From IMG/VR virus record IMGVR_UViG_3300020325_000007: a stretch of 64,000 nt of DNA; one strand, given 5' to 3'. Below, in pieces: positions 28,442 to 43,041 of the stretch. This stretch comes from an uncultured virus (IMG/VR IMGVR_UViG_3300020325_000007) (taxonomy: Duplodnaviria > Heunggongvirae > Uroviricota > Caudoviricetes). Numbering within the stretch: the stretch's first letter is position 1; each line of letters opens with the position of its first letter. The position numbers and the translations under genes were made by a program. The notes under the pieces are model-generated. The model searched no databases and was not told where the DNA came from. It worked only from the letters and a program-made list of their open reading frames with translations.

Positions 28442-29251
28442 ATGCCAAATTGGAAAAAAGTAGTAACTTCAGGCAGTAATGCCGTATTTAATGAAATAAC
28501 CGCGTCAGGTGAAGTTCGTTTCGATGGAACGGGTTCATTTAATTCAGGAATACATCTTCCTGACTCTAAAGAAATATCGCTAGGTGATGGCGGAAATCTA
28601 AAAATATATCATAACGGTGCAAATTCTTACATTCACGAAGGTAAGGGTGACGCAGACGGAGCATTATACATTATTGGTTCTTGGTTGTTGATGGAATCAA
28701 CGGAAGGAAACCCATTAATCTATGCAAAACACGGTGACAACACAGGAGAGGTTCAATTATATCACGGTGGTAATCAAAAATTTAGAACACAAGCAACAGG
28801 GTCCCATGTAACAGGTCACTTATCATTATCAGGTGGTATAACTAAAGCACCTATGATGATTTCAACAAATGGTGAAGTTCCACTTGAAGGTATAACTAAT
28901 GCATTTGTTCCATTCTCAAGTATAAACACAATGGACCAACATACAGTAAACGGTTACTATCAATTCGCAGCACCGTATGATGGAACTGTACAAAAAATTA
29001 TGGTTCATCCACATACAAACGCAACAGCAGGTACTTGTACAATACAACTATTAAAAAACGGAAGTAATTTAGGAAGTTCTGTACAGGCATCAATTTCAGC
29101 AACAAGAGGTACTATTAGAGAATTTAGTTTCGGAGATACTTACAGTTTTGATAAAGGTGATAGACTAAATCTAAAATTTGACAGAGAAGAAGCAGAACGA
29201 GCAACAGGTTTTGGGTTCACAATAGTATTTGAAATGAACACAACAACATAA
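28442..29251 (+). CDS. fibre-like structural protein
   Basis: 269 aa; [13 protein letters not shown]-terminus resembles 26512. Confidence 0.6.
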   Translation: MPNWKKVVTSGSNAVFNEITASGEVRFDGTGSFNSGIHLPDSKEISLGDGGNLKIYHNGANSYIHEGKGDADGALYIIGSWLLMESTEGNPLIYAKHGDNTGEVQLYHGGNQKFRTQATGSHVTGHLSLSGGITKAPMMISTNGEVPLEGITNAFVPFSSINTMDQHTVNGYYQFAAPYDGTVQKIMVHPHTNATAGTCTIQLLKNGSNLGSSVQASISATRGTIREFSFGDTYSFDKGDRLNLKFDREEAERATGFGFTIVFEMNTTT

Positions 29252-29261
29252 GGGGTATAAT

Positions 29262-32200
29262 ATGAGTTTGATACACGGATTACATAAAGATACCTTACTT
29301 GAAATCAACGGTAAACTTACTTCAATAAGTAATATATTAGTTGGTGATAAAGTCCAAGGTTACGATACACAGAATGGTGTCTACAGAGACAATAAAGTTG
29401 TTAGAGTTGTAACACAAGAAATAGATTCTCATTTAAAATTAAAACTTTCAGACGGAACTGAGTTAAAAACTTCCGTTGATATAAAAATATATAAAGATGG
29501 TGAATGGGTTTCACCAATCGGTAATACGTCATGCGCATCTGATGATTGTAAATGTTCTCATAAATCATTTTTCAATGACATAAAAGTTATTTCCGTAGAA
29601 TTAGTAGAAAAACCTATAGTAATTAGAAGTATAGAGGTAGAACCTGACCATAATTACTTTGTAGGTAATCTATTAGTACACAACACGGGTCCACAAGGTC
29701 CTAAAGGTCAAAAAGGACAAAAAGGTGCCTTAGGTCCAGCAGCATCGCCAGGTCCTCAAGGAGCACAGGGTGCTAAAGGTAGTACAGGTGGACAAGGTGG
29801 TACAGGTTCAACAGGTCCAAAAGGTCCAAAAGGTTCTACAGGTCCACAGGGAGCACAAGGTCCACAAGGTGCAACAGGACCAAAAGGTCCACAAGGTGCA
29901 ACAGGACCACAAGGTGCAACAGGACCACAGGGAGCAACAGGAGCAAAAGGTCCTAAAGGTTCCACAGGTGGGGCGGGTCCAAAAGGTCCAAAAGGTCCCA
30001 CAGGTGCAAAAGGTCCAAAAGGTAGTTTAGGTCCACAAGGTGCAAAAGGTCCAAAAGGTTCTACAGGTCCACAAGGTCCACAAGGTGATACAGGTCCTAC
30101 AGGTGCATCGTTAACAGGTCCACAAGGTGGAAAAGGTCAAAAAGGTGCAACAGGAGCATCACCAACAGGTCCACAAGGTCAAAAAGGTCAAAAAGGTGCA
30201 ACAGGTCCTCAAGGTTCAAGTCCTCAGGGTTCTAAAGGTCAAAAAGGTCAAAAAGGTGTAACAGGTCCTCAAGGTTCAAGTCCACAAGGTGCAACAGGTC
30301 CTCAAGGTGGAAAGGGTCAAAAAGGTGAAGTAGGAGCATCACCTCAGGGTGCAACAGGTGCACAAGGTGCAAAAGGTCCACAGGGTCCTCAAGGTCAAAA
30401 GGGTGCACAAGGTTCATCACCACAAGGTGCACAAGGTCCTACAGGAGCAACAGGTGCACAAGGTGCATCACCTCAGGGTGCTAAAGGTCAAAAAGGTCAA
30501 AAAGGTGCAACAGGTCCACAAGGTGCACAAGGTTCAAGTCCACAAGGTTCTAAAGGACAAAAAGGTGCAACAGGTCCACAAGGTGCACAGGGTGCAAGTC
30601 CTCAGGGAGCAAAAGGTAATACAGGTCCAGCAGGAGCAGTAGGTGCACAAGGTCCACAAGGTGCAAGTCCAAAAGGTCAAAAGGGTGCACAGGGTAGTAC
30701 AGGAGCACAAGGTCCTCAAGGTGCACAAGGTTCAAGTCCTCAGGGAGCAAAAGGTCCTAAGGGTCAAAAAGGTGCAGTAGGTCCTCAAGGTGCACAGGGT
30801 GCAAGTCCAACAGGTCCTAAAGGTCCACAGGGAGCGACAGGACCACAAGGAGCACAAGGTGCAAGTCCTAAAGGTCAAAAAGGTGAAGTAGGTCCTCAAG
30901 GTCCTCAAGGAGCACAGGGTTCATCACCACAAGGTGCAAAAGGTCCTCAAGGTTCTAAAGGACAAAAGGGTGAAGTAGGAGCATCACCAACAGGTCCACA
31001 GGGTGCACAAGGTGCAAAAGGTCCACAGGGTCCTGAAGGTCAAAAAGGTTCACAAGGTGCAAGTCCAAAAGGTTCTCAAGGTCCTACAGGAGCAACAGGA
31101 GCACAAGGTGCAAGTCCTCAAGGTGCAAAAGGTCCTAAAGGTCCACAAGGAGCACAAGGTCCACAAGGTGCACAAGGTGCAAGTCCTCAAGGTTCTAAAG
31201 GTCAAAAAGGTGCAACAGGTCCTCAGGGTGCACAGGGAGCATCACCTCAAGGAGCACAGGGTGCAAAAGGTGCACAAGGTCCTCAGGGTGAACAAGGTGC
31301 ACAAGGTGCAAGTCCTAAAGGTCAAAAAGGTCAAAAAGGTGAAGTAGGAGCACAAGGTCCACAAGGAGCACAAGGTTCAAGTCCTCAAGGTTCTAAAGGA
31401 CAAAAAGGTCAAAAAGGAGCGGTAGGTCCTCAAGGTGCACAAGGAGCATCTCCTCAGGGAGCACAAGGTCCTCAAGGTTCTAAAGGTCAAAAAGGTGAAA
31501 TAGGAGCACAAGGTGCAAGTCCAAAAGGTCAAAAAGGTGCACAAGGTGGTCAAGGGGCAACAGGAGCACAGGGTTCATCACCACAAGGTGCTAAAGGTCC
31601 ACAGGGGTCTAAAGGTCAAAAAGGTGAAATAGGAGCACAAGGTGCAAGTCCTAAAGGTCAAAAAGGTGAAGTAGGAGCACAAGGTCCTCAAGGTGCACAG
31701 GGTTCAAGTCCTAAAGGACAAAAAGGTGAAGTAGGAGCACAAGGTCCTCAAGGTGCACAGGGTTCAAGTCCTCAAGGTGACCGAGGTGCACAAGGAGCAA
31801 CAGGAGCACAAGGTCCTCAAGGTGCACAAGGTGCAAGTCCTCAAGGTGCAAAAGGTCCTAAGGGTCAAAAAGGTGAAATAGGAGCACAGGGTGCAAGTCC
31901 ACAAGGAGCACAAGGTCCTAAAGGTCCTCAGGGTGACCAAGGTGCACAAGGTAGTTCACCTCAAGGTTCAAAAGGTGAAAAAGGACAAAAAGGAGCACAA
32001 GGTCCAACAGGTGCACAGGGTGCAAGTCCACAAGGTGCAAAAGGTCAGAAAGGACAAAAAGGTGCATTAGGTGACCAAGGTGCACAGGGTGCAAGTCCAA
32101 AAGGTCAAAAAGGTGAATTAGGTCCTAAAGGTCAAAAAGGTGAAATAGGAGCACAAGGTGCAAGTCCTAAAGGTCAAAAAGGTGAAATAGGAGCACAGGG

Positions 32201-32690
32201 TCCTCAGGGTGACCAAGGTGCACAAGGAGCAGCACCTCAAGGTTCTAAAGGTCAAAAGGGTGAAGTAGGAGCACAAGGTCCTCAAGGTGCACAAGGTGCA
32301 AGTCCTAAAGGTCAAAAAGGTGAAATAGGAGCACAGGGTCCTCAAGGTGCACAAGGTTCATCACCTCAAGGAGCACAAGGTCCTAAAGGTGAAAAAGGTC
32401 AAAAAGGTGAAAAGGGTGCAACAGGAGCACAAGGTGCAAGTCCTAAAGGTGAAAAAGGTCAAAAGGGTGCACAAGGAGCAACAGGAGCACAAGGAGCGAG
32501 TCCTCAAGGAGATAAAGGTCAAAAAGGTGTAACAGGAGCAAAAGGTGAACCAGCATTAGGAACGGTAATTAATCAACTAACTGCGCCTGGTGATGGATTT
32601 AGTTTTTCTTTAAATGATGGATTATTAACATTTAAGAGTGGAAGTTTCACAGGTATCGTTTTGATGTATACAAGTGGAAGTGTCTCTTAA
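29262..32690 (+). CDS. Hint-domain collagen-like protein 1
   Basis: aa 1-141 Hint-like (ILVGDKV...[18 protein letters not shown]); aa 143-1097 Gly-X-Y. Confidence 0.85.
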   Translation: MSLIHGLHKDTLLEINGKLTSISNILVGDKVQGYDTQNGVYRDNKVVRVVTQEIDSHLKLKLSDGTELKTSVDIKIYKDGEWVSPIGNTSCASDDCKCSHKSFFNDIKVISVELVEKPIVIRSIEVEPDHNYFVGNLLVHNTGPQGPKGQKGQKGALGPAASPGPQGAQGAKGSTGGQGGTGSTGPKGPKGSTGPQGAQGPQGATGPKGPQGATGPQGATGPQGATGAKGPKGSTGGAGPKGPKGPTGAKGPKGSLGPQGAKGPKGSTGPQGPQGDTGPTGASLTGPQGGKGQKGATGASPTGPQGQKGQKGATGPQGSSPQGSKGQKGQKGVTGPQGSSPQGATGPQGGKGQKGEVGASPQGATGAQGAKGPQGPQGQKGAQGSSPQGAQGPTGATGAQGASPQGAKGQKGQKGATGPQGAQGSSPQGSKGQKGATGPQGAQGASPQGAKGNTGPAGAVGAQGPQGASPKGQKGAQGSTGAQGPQGAQGSSPQGAKGPKGQKGAVGPQGAQGASPTGPKGPQGATGPQGAQGASPKGQKGEVGPQGPQGAQGSSPQGAKGPQGSKGQKGEVGASPTGPQGAQGAKGPQGPEGQKGSQGASPKGSQGPTGATGAQGASPQGAKGPKGPQGAQGPQGAQGASPQGSKGQKGATGPQGAQGASPQGAQGAKGAQGPQGEQGAQGASPKGQKGQKGEVGAQGPQGAQGSSPQGSKGQKGQKGAVGPQGAQGASPQGAQGPQGSKGQKGEIGAQGASPKGQKGAQGGQGATGAQGSSPQGAKGPQGSKGQKGEIGAQGASPKGQKGEVGAQGPQGAQGSSPKGQKGEVGAQGPQGAQGSSPQGDRGAQGATGAQGPQGAQGASPQGAKGPKGQKGEIGAQGASPQGAQGPKGPQGDQGAQGSSPQGSKGEKGQKGAQGPTGAQGASPQGAKGQKGQKGALGDQGAQGASPKGQKGELGPKGQKGEIGAQGASPKGQKGEIGAQGPQGDQGAQGAAPQGSKGQKGEVGAQGPQGAQGASPKGQKGEIGAQGPQGAQGSSPQGAQGPKGEKGQKGEKGATGAQGASPKGEKGQKGAQGATGAQGASPQGDKGQKGVTGAKGEPALGTVINQLTAPGDGFSFSLNDGLLTFKSGSFTGIVLMYTSGSVS
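29688..32552 (+). repeat. Gly-X-Y coding repeat with regular G-[AS]-S-P-[QKT]-G interruptions
   Basis: Direct reading of translation. Confidence 0.95.
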
Positions 32691-32706
32691 TATAAAAAGG
32701 TAACAG

Positions 32707-36417
<3,711 letters not shown>

Positions 36418-36438
36418 TATTTATTAAAATAATTTTCA

Positions 36439-36446
36439 TATTTATA
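36439..36446 (+). promoter_or_regulatory. putative late-promoter motif TATTTATA for the modification cassette
   Basis: TTTTCATATTTATA context as at 7952, 8981 and 16820. Confidence 0.55.
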
Positions 36447-36468
36447 TAAAAGATTAAAACAATTAGTT

Positions 36469-37071
36469 ATGAATGGTAATTTCTCGTTTGATAGAAACAC
36501 ATACAGACAAGACGTAAACTTTACTGATTATTATTGGTTCAAGAACGCATTTTCCCCACAAGAGTTAGTTAATATAGAACAAATGACAAACGCGATTGAA
36601 TTCGAAGACGCGGTAACAGGTGAGGGTGATAATTCAAAAGTATCTGATTACAGAAAGTCAAGAATAAAATGGTGTCCACAAAATCTTGAGTGGGCGTGGG
36701 TATATAATAAACTTCACGATTATATAAAAGAAGCAAATGACATAATGTGGAAGTTTGATTTATCTACTATGAATGAATCAATCCAATATACAGAATATTA
36801 TGGAACACAAGAAGGTGGATATGAATGGCACATGGATTGTGGTGAACAAATTCAAAACCAAAGAAAAGTATCAGTAACAGTACAACTTTCAGATTCACAT
36901 GAGTATGAAGGTGGTGATTTGGAATTTAATATTGGTCAACATAAGGTAGCACCAAGGTCTCAAGGAGCAGCAGTTATATTTCCATCATTTTATTTACATA
37001 GAGTAACTCCTGTAACAAAGGGTGTAAGAAAGTCTTTCGTTCTTTGGGTAGGTGGAGAACCATATAGGTAA
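36469..37071 (+). CDS. 2OG-Fe(II) oxygenase (prolyl-hydroxylase/PKHD-like)
   Basis: WHMD, RKVSVTVQLS, YEGGDL, FPSFYLHRVTPVTKGVRKS. Confidence 0.9.
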   Translation: MNGNFSFDRNTYRQDVNFTDYYWFKNAFSPQELVNIEQMTNAIEFEDAVTGEGDNSKVSDYRKSRIKWCPQNLEWAWVYNKLHDYIKEANDIMWKFDLSTMNESIQYTEYYGTQEGGYEWHMDCGEQIQNQRKVSVTVQLSDSHEYEGGDLEFNIGQHKVAPRSQGAAVIFPSFYLHRVTPVTKGVRKSFVLWVGGEPYR

Positions 37072-37077
37072 TTTACT

Positions 37078-38367
37078 ATGAAAACAAGTTTACCCACAGC
37101 ATTAATATATGGTTGGGATAGGTTTGGTGAAATAAAATTAAAATCAGATGTATATCACCAAGAAGATTTGTATGAAGATGTTATTTTATATTCATATGAA
37201 TCGAGTATAGATTTTAAAAAAGATTTCGCAAAACATAGACCCGATATTATTATTGTAATTGGTGAAGTTGGAAATAATATTTTACAAATGGGACATCATA
37301 CGATGGTATCAAGTAAGATAGTATCATATGATTCTATTCCATCTGATAATATTTTGGCTAATGATGTAGTTTGTCAATCAACATTTTGGGCATGTAAATC
37401 ACAAAAAGAAGTATATGGTGATAAAGATAAACCAATACTATCTATATTTACTCCAACTTATATAACAAACGAAAGAATATTTAGAACGTATGAAAGTTTG
37501 GTAAATCAAACTTACGAAAATTGGGAGTGGGTTGTCGTAGATGATTCACCATCTGATGAAAACAAAACTTGGGAATATCTTGAAGATATCGCAAGTCAAG
37601 ATTATAGAGTTCACATACATAAAATGACACCAACCTCAGGTGGTAACGTTGGTGAAGTAAAACATAGAGCAGCTATGTTATGTAATGGTGAATGGTTATT
37701 TGAATTAGACCATGATGATTGGTTAATTTCAACTTGTTTGGAAGATGTATTTAAAGCAAGTAAGAAACATCCTGATTCAGGATTTATATATACAGACGTA
37801 ACTGAAATTAACAAAGATAATTCACCAAGAGATTATGGTCGTATAGGAGATGATTGGTATGGACATCCTGATAATAACTTTGCATGGGGATATGCAGGAC
37901 ATACTTGGGAAACAAGAGACGGTGAGAAATGGTTAGTACATCACTATCCTGATATTAACCCTAAAACAATTAGATTTAATATTGGTATGCCAAATCATTG
38001 TAGAGTTTGGAATAGAGATACTTATCATAAGATAAGAGGACATAGTAGACATATATCAGTCGCAGATGATTATGAATTGATTGTAAAAACATTTTTAGAA
38101 ACTAAATTTATACATCTTAAAAAAATGTTGTATGTACAATATAATAATGGTGATTCTACAGTTGATAATAATGTAATTGATATTAATCGTAGAGCAAGAT
38201 TGATTAGAGATTATTATGACCCAATGATTCACAAAAGAATAAAAGAATTGGGTGGTTTTGATTGGAGTTGGAATGAAGATGATAATAGATGTTATCAATT
38301 ACAACGTTGGATGGATTGGACCCGATTTTATGACAAAGAAGAAGTTTTAAATTATATAGTAGAGTAA
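37078..38367 (+). CDS. glycosyltransferase family 2
   Basis: SIFTPTY, WEWVVVDDS, ELDHDD, DDYEL. Confidence 0.88.
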   Translation: MKTSLPTALIYGWDRFGEIKLKSDVYHQEDLYEDVILYSYESSIDFKKDFAKHRPDIIIVIGEVGNNILQMGHHTMVSSKIVSYDSIPSDNILANDVVCQSTFWACKSQKEVYGDKDKPILSIFTPTYITNERIFRTYESLVNQTYENWEWVVVDDSPSDENKTWEYLEDIASQDYRVHIHKMTPTSGGNVGEVKHRAAMLCNGEWLFELDHDDWLISTCLEDVFKASKKHPDSGFIYTDVTEINKDNSPRDYGRIGDDWYGHPDNNFAWGYAGHTWETRDGEKWLVHHYPDINPKTIRFNIGMPNHCRVWNRDTYHKIRGHSRHISVADDYELIVKTFLETKFIHLKKMLYVQYNNGDSTVDNNVIDINRRARLIRDYYDPMIHKRIKELGGFDWSWNEDDNRCYQLQRWMDWTRFYDKEEVLNYIVE

Positions 38368-38370
38368 GAT

Positions 38371-40068
38371 ATGAAAATATTAATTTATGTAGGTTATCAA
38401 AAAGAATCAGTTAACAAAGATTATTGGTTAAGTAAAGGAATGGGTGGTTCTGAATATTGTGTTATGAAACTTTCAGAACAATTCGCACAAAATGGACACG
38501 ATGTAACAATTACAGGTGGTATTACCGACCAAGATGTTGATGGTGTCAAGTATAGAAGTATAGAAAGTTTTATTAATAGTGGTGAAAACTATTTTGATAT
38601 TGTAATATCTACAAATTATATACATTATATTCAAATGTTAGAGGATTTTGGAATAAATTATGAAAAATCTTATTTTTGGATTCATAATGAAGAATTTTAT
38701 ACTTGGTACAATGGTGTAGAATTACCAAATGAAGGATTGGATTATCTAAATCACGACAAGTTAGATAAGATAATAGCAGTATCAGAATGGCAAAAAAATG
38801 TATTAGTTGAAAAATATAGTTTGGAACCATCTAAAGTAAGTGTAATAGGAAACGCGATAACTCCAAGTGATTTTGATAGTATTGAACAAGAAAAATATAA
38901 CAATAAAATAATCTATACATCATCACCTGATAGAGGGTTAGTTGATTTACTTGATATATGGCCAAAACTTAAAAAAATAAATCCTGAATTAACTTTATGG
39001 ATTGCATCACCACCATATACAAAAGATTGGGACCTTTCTGTATTAGAATCGTTACCAAATGATGTTAGATGGTTAGGTCATTTACCACCAAGTGAACTAT
39101 ACAAACAAATTAAATCATCTGAGTATTGGATTTACCCATCCACATACGATGAGACATATTGTATAACAGCATTAGAGATGATGATGGGTAGAGTTAAATT
39201 GATATCTACTGATACAGCAAATCTCAAAACTTTATTAGATGGTAAATGTAGTTTAATCAGGTCAGATTTATCTAACTCATTAATGAAAGAAACAATAATT
39301 TCTTCATATGTATTTTTAAGAGAAAATGAAGAAGTAGCACAAAAATATTTAAACGTAGGTGAACAATTTGCAAGAGAACAGACTTGGGAAGTCAGATATA
39401 AAGAGTGGATGGATGTAATGGAAGGTTATTCAGAAGAAACAGAAAGATTACATCCCGAACTTTACGATTATTGGAACAACAAAGAGGAATGGGTAAATAA
39501 ATTTATCACATATTCAGCAAGAACAAAAGAATGGGACTTGATAGTAGATGAACCATTTGATAATTGTTTTTCATTTCCATTATTTACTCCTGAGTTTTGT
39601 AAAATGATTCGTGAAGAAGCAGAACATTCTGATTCTTGGACAGTAGACAGACACGAAAACTATCCTACAACAGATATGGTCTTACAGACGATAGGAATGC
39701 ATGACATTTATATGGAAGTATTAAAAGAATATGTTATGCCATTATCAATCTATATGTGGGCATTGGAAGGTAAAGGTTGGGATTCTATGAAAGCTGAAAA
39801 CTTTTTAGCAAAATATATACCAACAGCACAAGGACATCTTTCTATACATCATGATAGAGCAGATATTACTTGTTTGATACAATTATCGGACTTAAATGAG
39901 TATGAAGGTGGTGGTACTTGGTTCAGACGACAAAAGAAATTAATTAAGAATGATATCGGTTATGCAACCCTACATCCTGGCAACATAACTCACAAGCATG
40001 GGGCAAGAGCAGTGACAAAAGGGACACGTTATATAATAGTTTCGTTTATGGAAAATGGGGAAAGGTAA
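38371..40068 (+). CDS. GT4 (GT-B) glycosyltransferase fused to PLOD-like lysyl-hydroxylase domain
   Basis: GGSE and ETYCITALE (EX7E); C-terminal FPLFTPEFC, YPTTD, HHD, YEGGG, LHPGNITHKHG, GTRYIIVSF. Confidence 0.85.
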   Translation: MKILIYVGYQKESVNKDYWLSKGMGGSEYCVMKLSEQFAQNGHDVTITGGITDQDVDGVKYRSIESFINSGENYFDIVISTNYIHYIQMLEDFGINYEKSYFWIHNEEFYTWYNGVELPNEGLDYLNHDKLDKIIAVSEWQKNVLVEKYSLEPSKVSVIGNAITPSDFDSIEQEKYNNKIIYTSSPDRGLVDLLDIWPKLKKINPELTLWIASPPYTKDWDLSVLESLPNDVRWLGHLPPSELYKQIKSSEYWIYPSTYDETYCITALEMMMGRVKLISTDTANLKTLLDGKCSLIRSDLSNSLMKETIISSYVFLRENEEVAQKYLNVGEQFAREQTWEVRYKEWMDVMEGYSEETERLHPELYDYWNNKEEWVNKFITYSARTKEWDLIVDEPFDNCFSFPLFTPEFCKMIREEAEHSDSWTVDRHENYPTTDMVLQTIGMHDIYMEVLKEYVMPLSIYMWALEGKGWDSMKAENFLAKYIPTAQGHLSIHHDRADITCLIQLSDLNEYEGGGTWFRRQKKLIKNDIGYATLHPGNITHKHGARAVTKGTRYIIVSFMENGER

Positions 40069-40077
40069 GTTTGTCCA

Positions 40078-40085
40078 TATTTATA
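40078..40085 (+). promoter_or_regulatory. putative late-promoter motif TATTTATA
   Basis: Upstream of neck genes. Confidence 0.55.
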
Positions 40086-40104
40086 TACATAAAGGGGATT
40101 TAAA

Positions 40105-41268
40105 ATGGCAGTAAATATACCAATATGGCCTGGTTCAGGTTCGTTTTCAAGTGGTTCTTCTACTCCTTTCGGATACTTTGATGGTGATACAACATTTCAA
40201 AGTGACGCACCGAAAGTAGCAGAATGGTGTGCTAAAAGATTAGGATATCCAATCGTAGATGTCGAATTACAAGATATAAACTTTTTCGCGTGTTTAGAAG
40301 AAGCAGCAAATGAATATTCTTCACAAGTAAATCAATATAGAGCTAAAGAAAACTTACTATCTTTAAAAGGTAATTCATTAGATTTAGATTTAAAAGATAC
40401 TGAAATCGCTACTAACTTAGGTGGAGTAGTAAATATTGCAAAAGATTATGGTACTGAAGCGGGAAGTGGTGGTAGAGTAACTGTATATACAGGTTCCTTT
40501 GAAATGGTTGGTGGTCAACAAATATATGACTTAGGTGATGATAATGTTGTTAACTTAGAAAGTGGTTCAGTATCAAACGGGATTACACTAAGAAAAGTAT
40601 TCCATACACAACCACCAGCAATAATAAGATATTTTGACCCGTTTGTAGGAACAGGTCTTGGTTCTCAACAAATGTTAAATACATTTGGATGGGGAGCGTA
40701 TTCGCCAGGTGTATCGTTTATGATGCAACCGATGTTCGATGACTTGTTAAGATTACAGGCGATTGAATTTAATGATTACATAAGAAAATCATCATTTGGA
40801 TTTCATGTAGATGGACAAAGAGTAAAATTATTCCCTGTTCCTGCAACAGGTGACGCAGGTGCAAAAGTATATTTTAATTATACATTAGAAAGTGAAACAA
40901 AATCACCGATTGCAAATTCAAATGTTGTAAGTGATTTATCAAACGCACCATTTGGAAGATTAACATATACAAATATTAATAGTGCGGGTAAACAGTGGAT
41001 TGCAAGATATTCATTAGCATTAGCAAAAGAAATGTTAGGAGCAATCAGGTCTAAGTTCAGTAACATTCCAATTCCTGGCTCTGAAATAACACTTGACGGT
41101 GGTGATTTACGAAGTGAAGCAGCAGCGGAAAGAGAAACACTAATCACTGAATTAAAAGAAATGTTAGAAGCAACTTCACGAAGAGCATTAATGGAAGCGA
41201 AAAAAGAAGAATCTGAATTCTTAGAGGAAACTTTAAACAGAGTTCCAAGACCAATTTTTATAGGATAA
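40105..41268 (+). CDS. neck/head-tail adaptor (T4 gp13-like)
   Basis: RLGYPIVDVEL; W...Y.LALAKEMLG...KF...PG.ITLDG. Confidence 0.8.
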   Translation: MAVNIPIWPGSGSFSSGSSTPFGYFDGDTTFQSDAPKVAEWCAKRLGYPIVDVELQDINFFACLEEAANEYSSQVNQYRAKENLLSLKGNSLDLDLKDTEIATNLGGVVNIAKDYGTEAGSGGRVTVYTGSFEMVGGQQIYDLGDDNVVNLESGSVSNGITLRKVFHTQPPAIIRYFDPFVGTGLGSQQMLNTFGWGAYSPGVSFMMQPMFDDLLRLQAIEFNDYIRKSSFGFHVDGQRVKLFPVPATGDAGAKVYFNYTLESETKSPIANSNVVSDLSNAPFGRLTYTNINSAGKQWIARYSLALAKEMLGAIRSKFSNIPIPGSEITLDGGDLRSEAAAERETLITELKEMLEATSRRALMEAKKEESEFLEETLNRVPRPIFIG

Positions 41269-41271
41269 CAA

Positions 41272-41799
41272 ATGGCATTGTTTGGTGGACAAAGAGATAT
41301 GGACTTGTTCAATAAGGTGAACAAGGAACTTATTACCGATATCGTAGATACGGAAGTGTACTATTATATGTTAGTAGTAACTGATACAAAAGCGAACTTA
41401 TACGGTGAAGGGAAAAATAAAGTATTTCACAATCCAATAAAAGTACCCGCGTTAGTAGAAAGAAATCAAGCATCACAAATATCTGATGACTTTGGTCAAT
41501 CATATAGTCGTGAGGTTCAATTTAGATTTCTAAGACAGCAGTTAGTTGATAGAGAGTTGGTACCCGAAGTTGGTGATATTATACAATGGAATAATGAATA
41601 TCATTTAATAGACGCAGCATATTCATATCAGTATTTTGCAGGAAAGAATCCTAAATATTGGGATGGTGGTGATACTCAAGGTTTAAATGTATCTATTATA
41701 TGTGATACTCACGTTTCAAGACAAACAAGTATTAAATTAGCAGAAACAAGATTTGGTAATTCAAATCAAAATGATAACGAAGTACCAATAGGACTATAA
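41272..41799 (+). CDS. head closure/neck protein (T4 gp14-like)
   Basis: LYGE, PEVGDII; synteny. Confidence 0.65.
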   Translation: MALFGGQRDMDLFNKVNKELITDIVDTEVYYYMLVVTDTKANLYGEGKNKVFHNPIKVPALVERNQASQISDDFGQSYSREVQFRFLRQQLVDRELVPEVGDIIQWNNEYHLIDAAYSYQYFAGKNPKYWDGGDTQGLNVSIICDTHVSRQTSIKLAETRFGNSNQNDNEVPIGL

Positions 41800-41800
41800 G

Positions 41801-42643
41801 ATGGCAACAAAATATAGAAACGAAGACAAATCGAAACCGAATATAATTCAGACTCAATCGTCTACGTCACTTGATAAAAAGTTAAATAAAGCAAAACAAG
41901 TTCGTAGAGATAAAGATAAGATGAAGAATTTTTCTGTCGGTATTTACGACATTGATTCTGCATTTAAAAACTTTTTAGAGAAAGATGTAAAACCAACGGT
42001 TGAAGACGATGGAAGATTTTACCCCGTACCTGTAATGTACGCTTCACCTGAGAAATGGTCAAGTGCACAACGAGATGGTTTTATGAAAGATGAAAACGGG
42101 ATGATGTTAACACCCGTTATTGTATTTAAAAGAAATAGTCTTTCTATAAACACTGATATGATGAAGTTAAAAGTAGCAGAAGGTGGTGAAGACGCATATC
42201 AAGTTTTTGAAAGAAAATATACAAACGTAAACAAATACGACCAATTCTCAGTTTTAACAGGTGAAAATCCTAAAAAAGAATTTATGTCTGTTGAAAGACC
42301 CGACTATGTAAACTTAGAGTATGAAGTGATAGTTTGGTGTGATTATATGGAACAGGTCAACAAAGTGGTAGAACAAATTGTATTCTTCCAAGGTCGTTCT
42401 TTTGGTGATAGGTATAAGTTTGTAATAAAAGGTGATTCTTACTCATTCGAAACAATGTCAGAAATGGGTCAAGATAGAATTACTAAAGCAAATATTACAC
42501 TACAAACAAAAGCATATATTGTACCCGAATATGTGGGTAATAAAAACAATACAACAAGACGAATTTCAGTTGGAAAAGTGTCTTGGGGTGAAGATAGTTC
42601 ATTATCTGGCACTAATTCTATCAAAATTGGTGGTAATGAATAA
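41801..42643 (+). CDS. tail terminator/sheath stabiliser (T4 gp15-like)
   Basis: VPVMYASPEKW, P...LEYE....EQV...VEQI; synteny. Confidence 0.65.
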   Translation: MATKYRNEDKSKPNIIQTQSSTSLDKKLNKAKQVRRDKDKMKNFSVGIYDIDSAFKNFLEKDVKPTVEDDGRFYPVPVMYASPEKWSSAQRDGFMKDENGMMLTPVIVFKRNSLSINTDMMKLKVAEGGEDAYQVFERKYTNVNKYDQFSVLTGENPKKEFMSVERPDYVNLEYEVIVWCDYMEQVNKVVEQIVFFQGRSFGDRYKFVIKGDSYSFETMSEMGQDRITKANITLQTKAYIVPEYVGNKNNTTRRISVGKVSWGEDSSLSGTNSIKIGGNE

Positions 42644-42651
42644 TTTTTACA

Positions 42652-42659
42652 TATTTATA
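42652..42659 (+). promoter_or_regulatory. putative late-promoter motif TATTTATA
   Basis: Intergenic. Confidence 0.55.
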
Positions 42660-42689
42660 TAATGTAAGTTAAAATTAAAGTAAATTGTT

Positions 42690-42971
42690 ATGGCAGAAAA
42701 AGTTGTTAAAGAATTCTCTCAAGAAGAGAAAAATAAAATTGAAAATATTCAGACTAAGGTTTTACAAATAACTGCAAGATTGGGTGAGATAGAAATTGAC
42801 GTTAATACCCTCGAAACGCAGTTCTCAAATTTAAAAGATGAGAAGATAAATCTTATGAAATCTTATTCTGAATTAAGGGTAGAAGAACAAACGTTAGCAG
42901 GTGAACTAAGAGAAAAATATGGTGAGGGGACTTACGATATTACAACAAATCAGTTCACACCTAACAAATAA
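42690..42971 (+). CDS. small coiled-coil protein
   Basis: 93 aa ending KYGEGTYDITTNQF. Confidence 0.6.
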   Translation: MAEKVVKEFSQEEKNKIENIQTKVLQITARLGEIEIDVNTLETQFSNLKDEKINLMKSYSELRVEEQTLAGELREKYGEGTYDITTNQFTPNK

Positions 42972-42976
42972 GTATT

Positions 42977-43004
42977 CGTTTTGGAAATTTTTGGGGTATT
43001 TATA
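42977..43004 (+). promoter_or_regulatory. putative bipartite late promoter of sheath gene
   Basis: CGTTTTGG at 42977, TATTTATA 42997-43004. Confidence 0.5.
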
Positions 43005-43041
43005 TAAAGGTAAACCAAAGATTTTAATTTAGGAGAAAATA

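Noticed and set aside
36469..37071. Canonical collagen prolyl 4-hydroxylase role
   Set aside because: Pro is almost always in the X position and X-Pro-Gly is rare, so the substrate is left open
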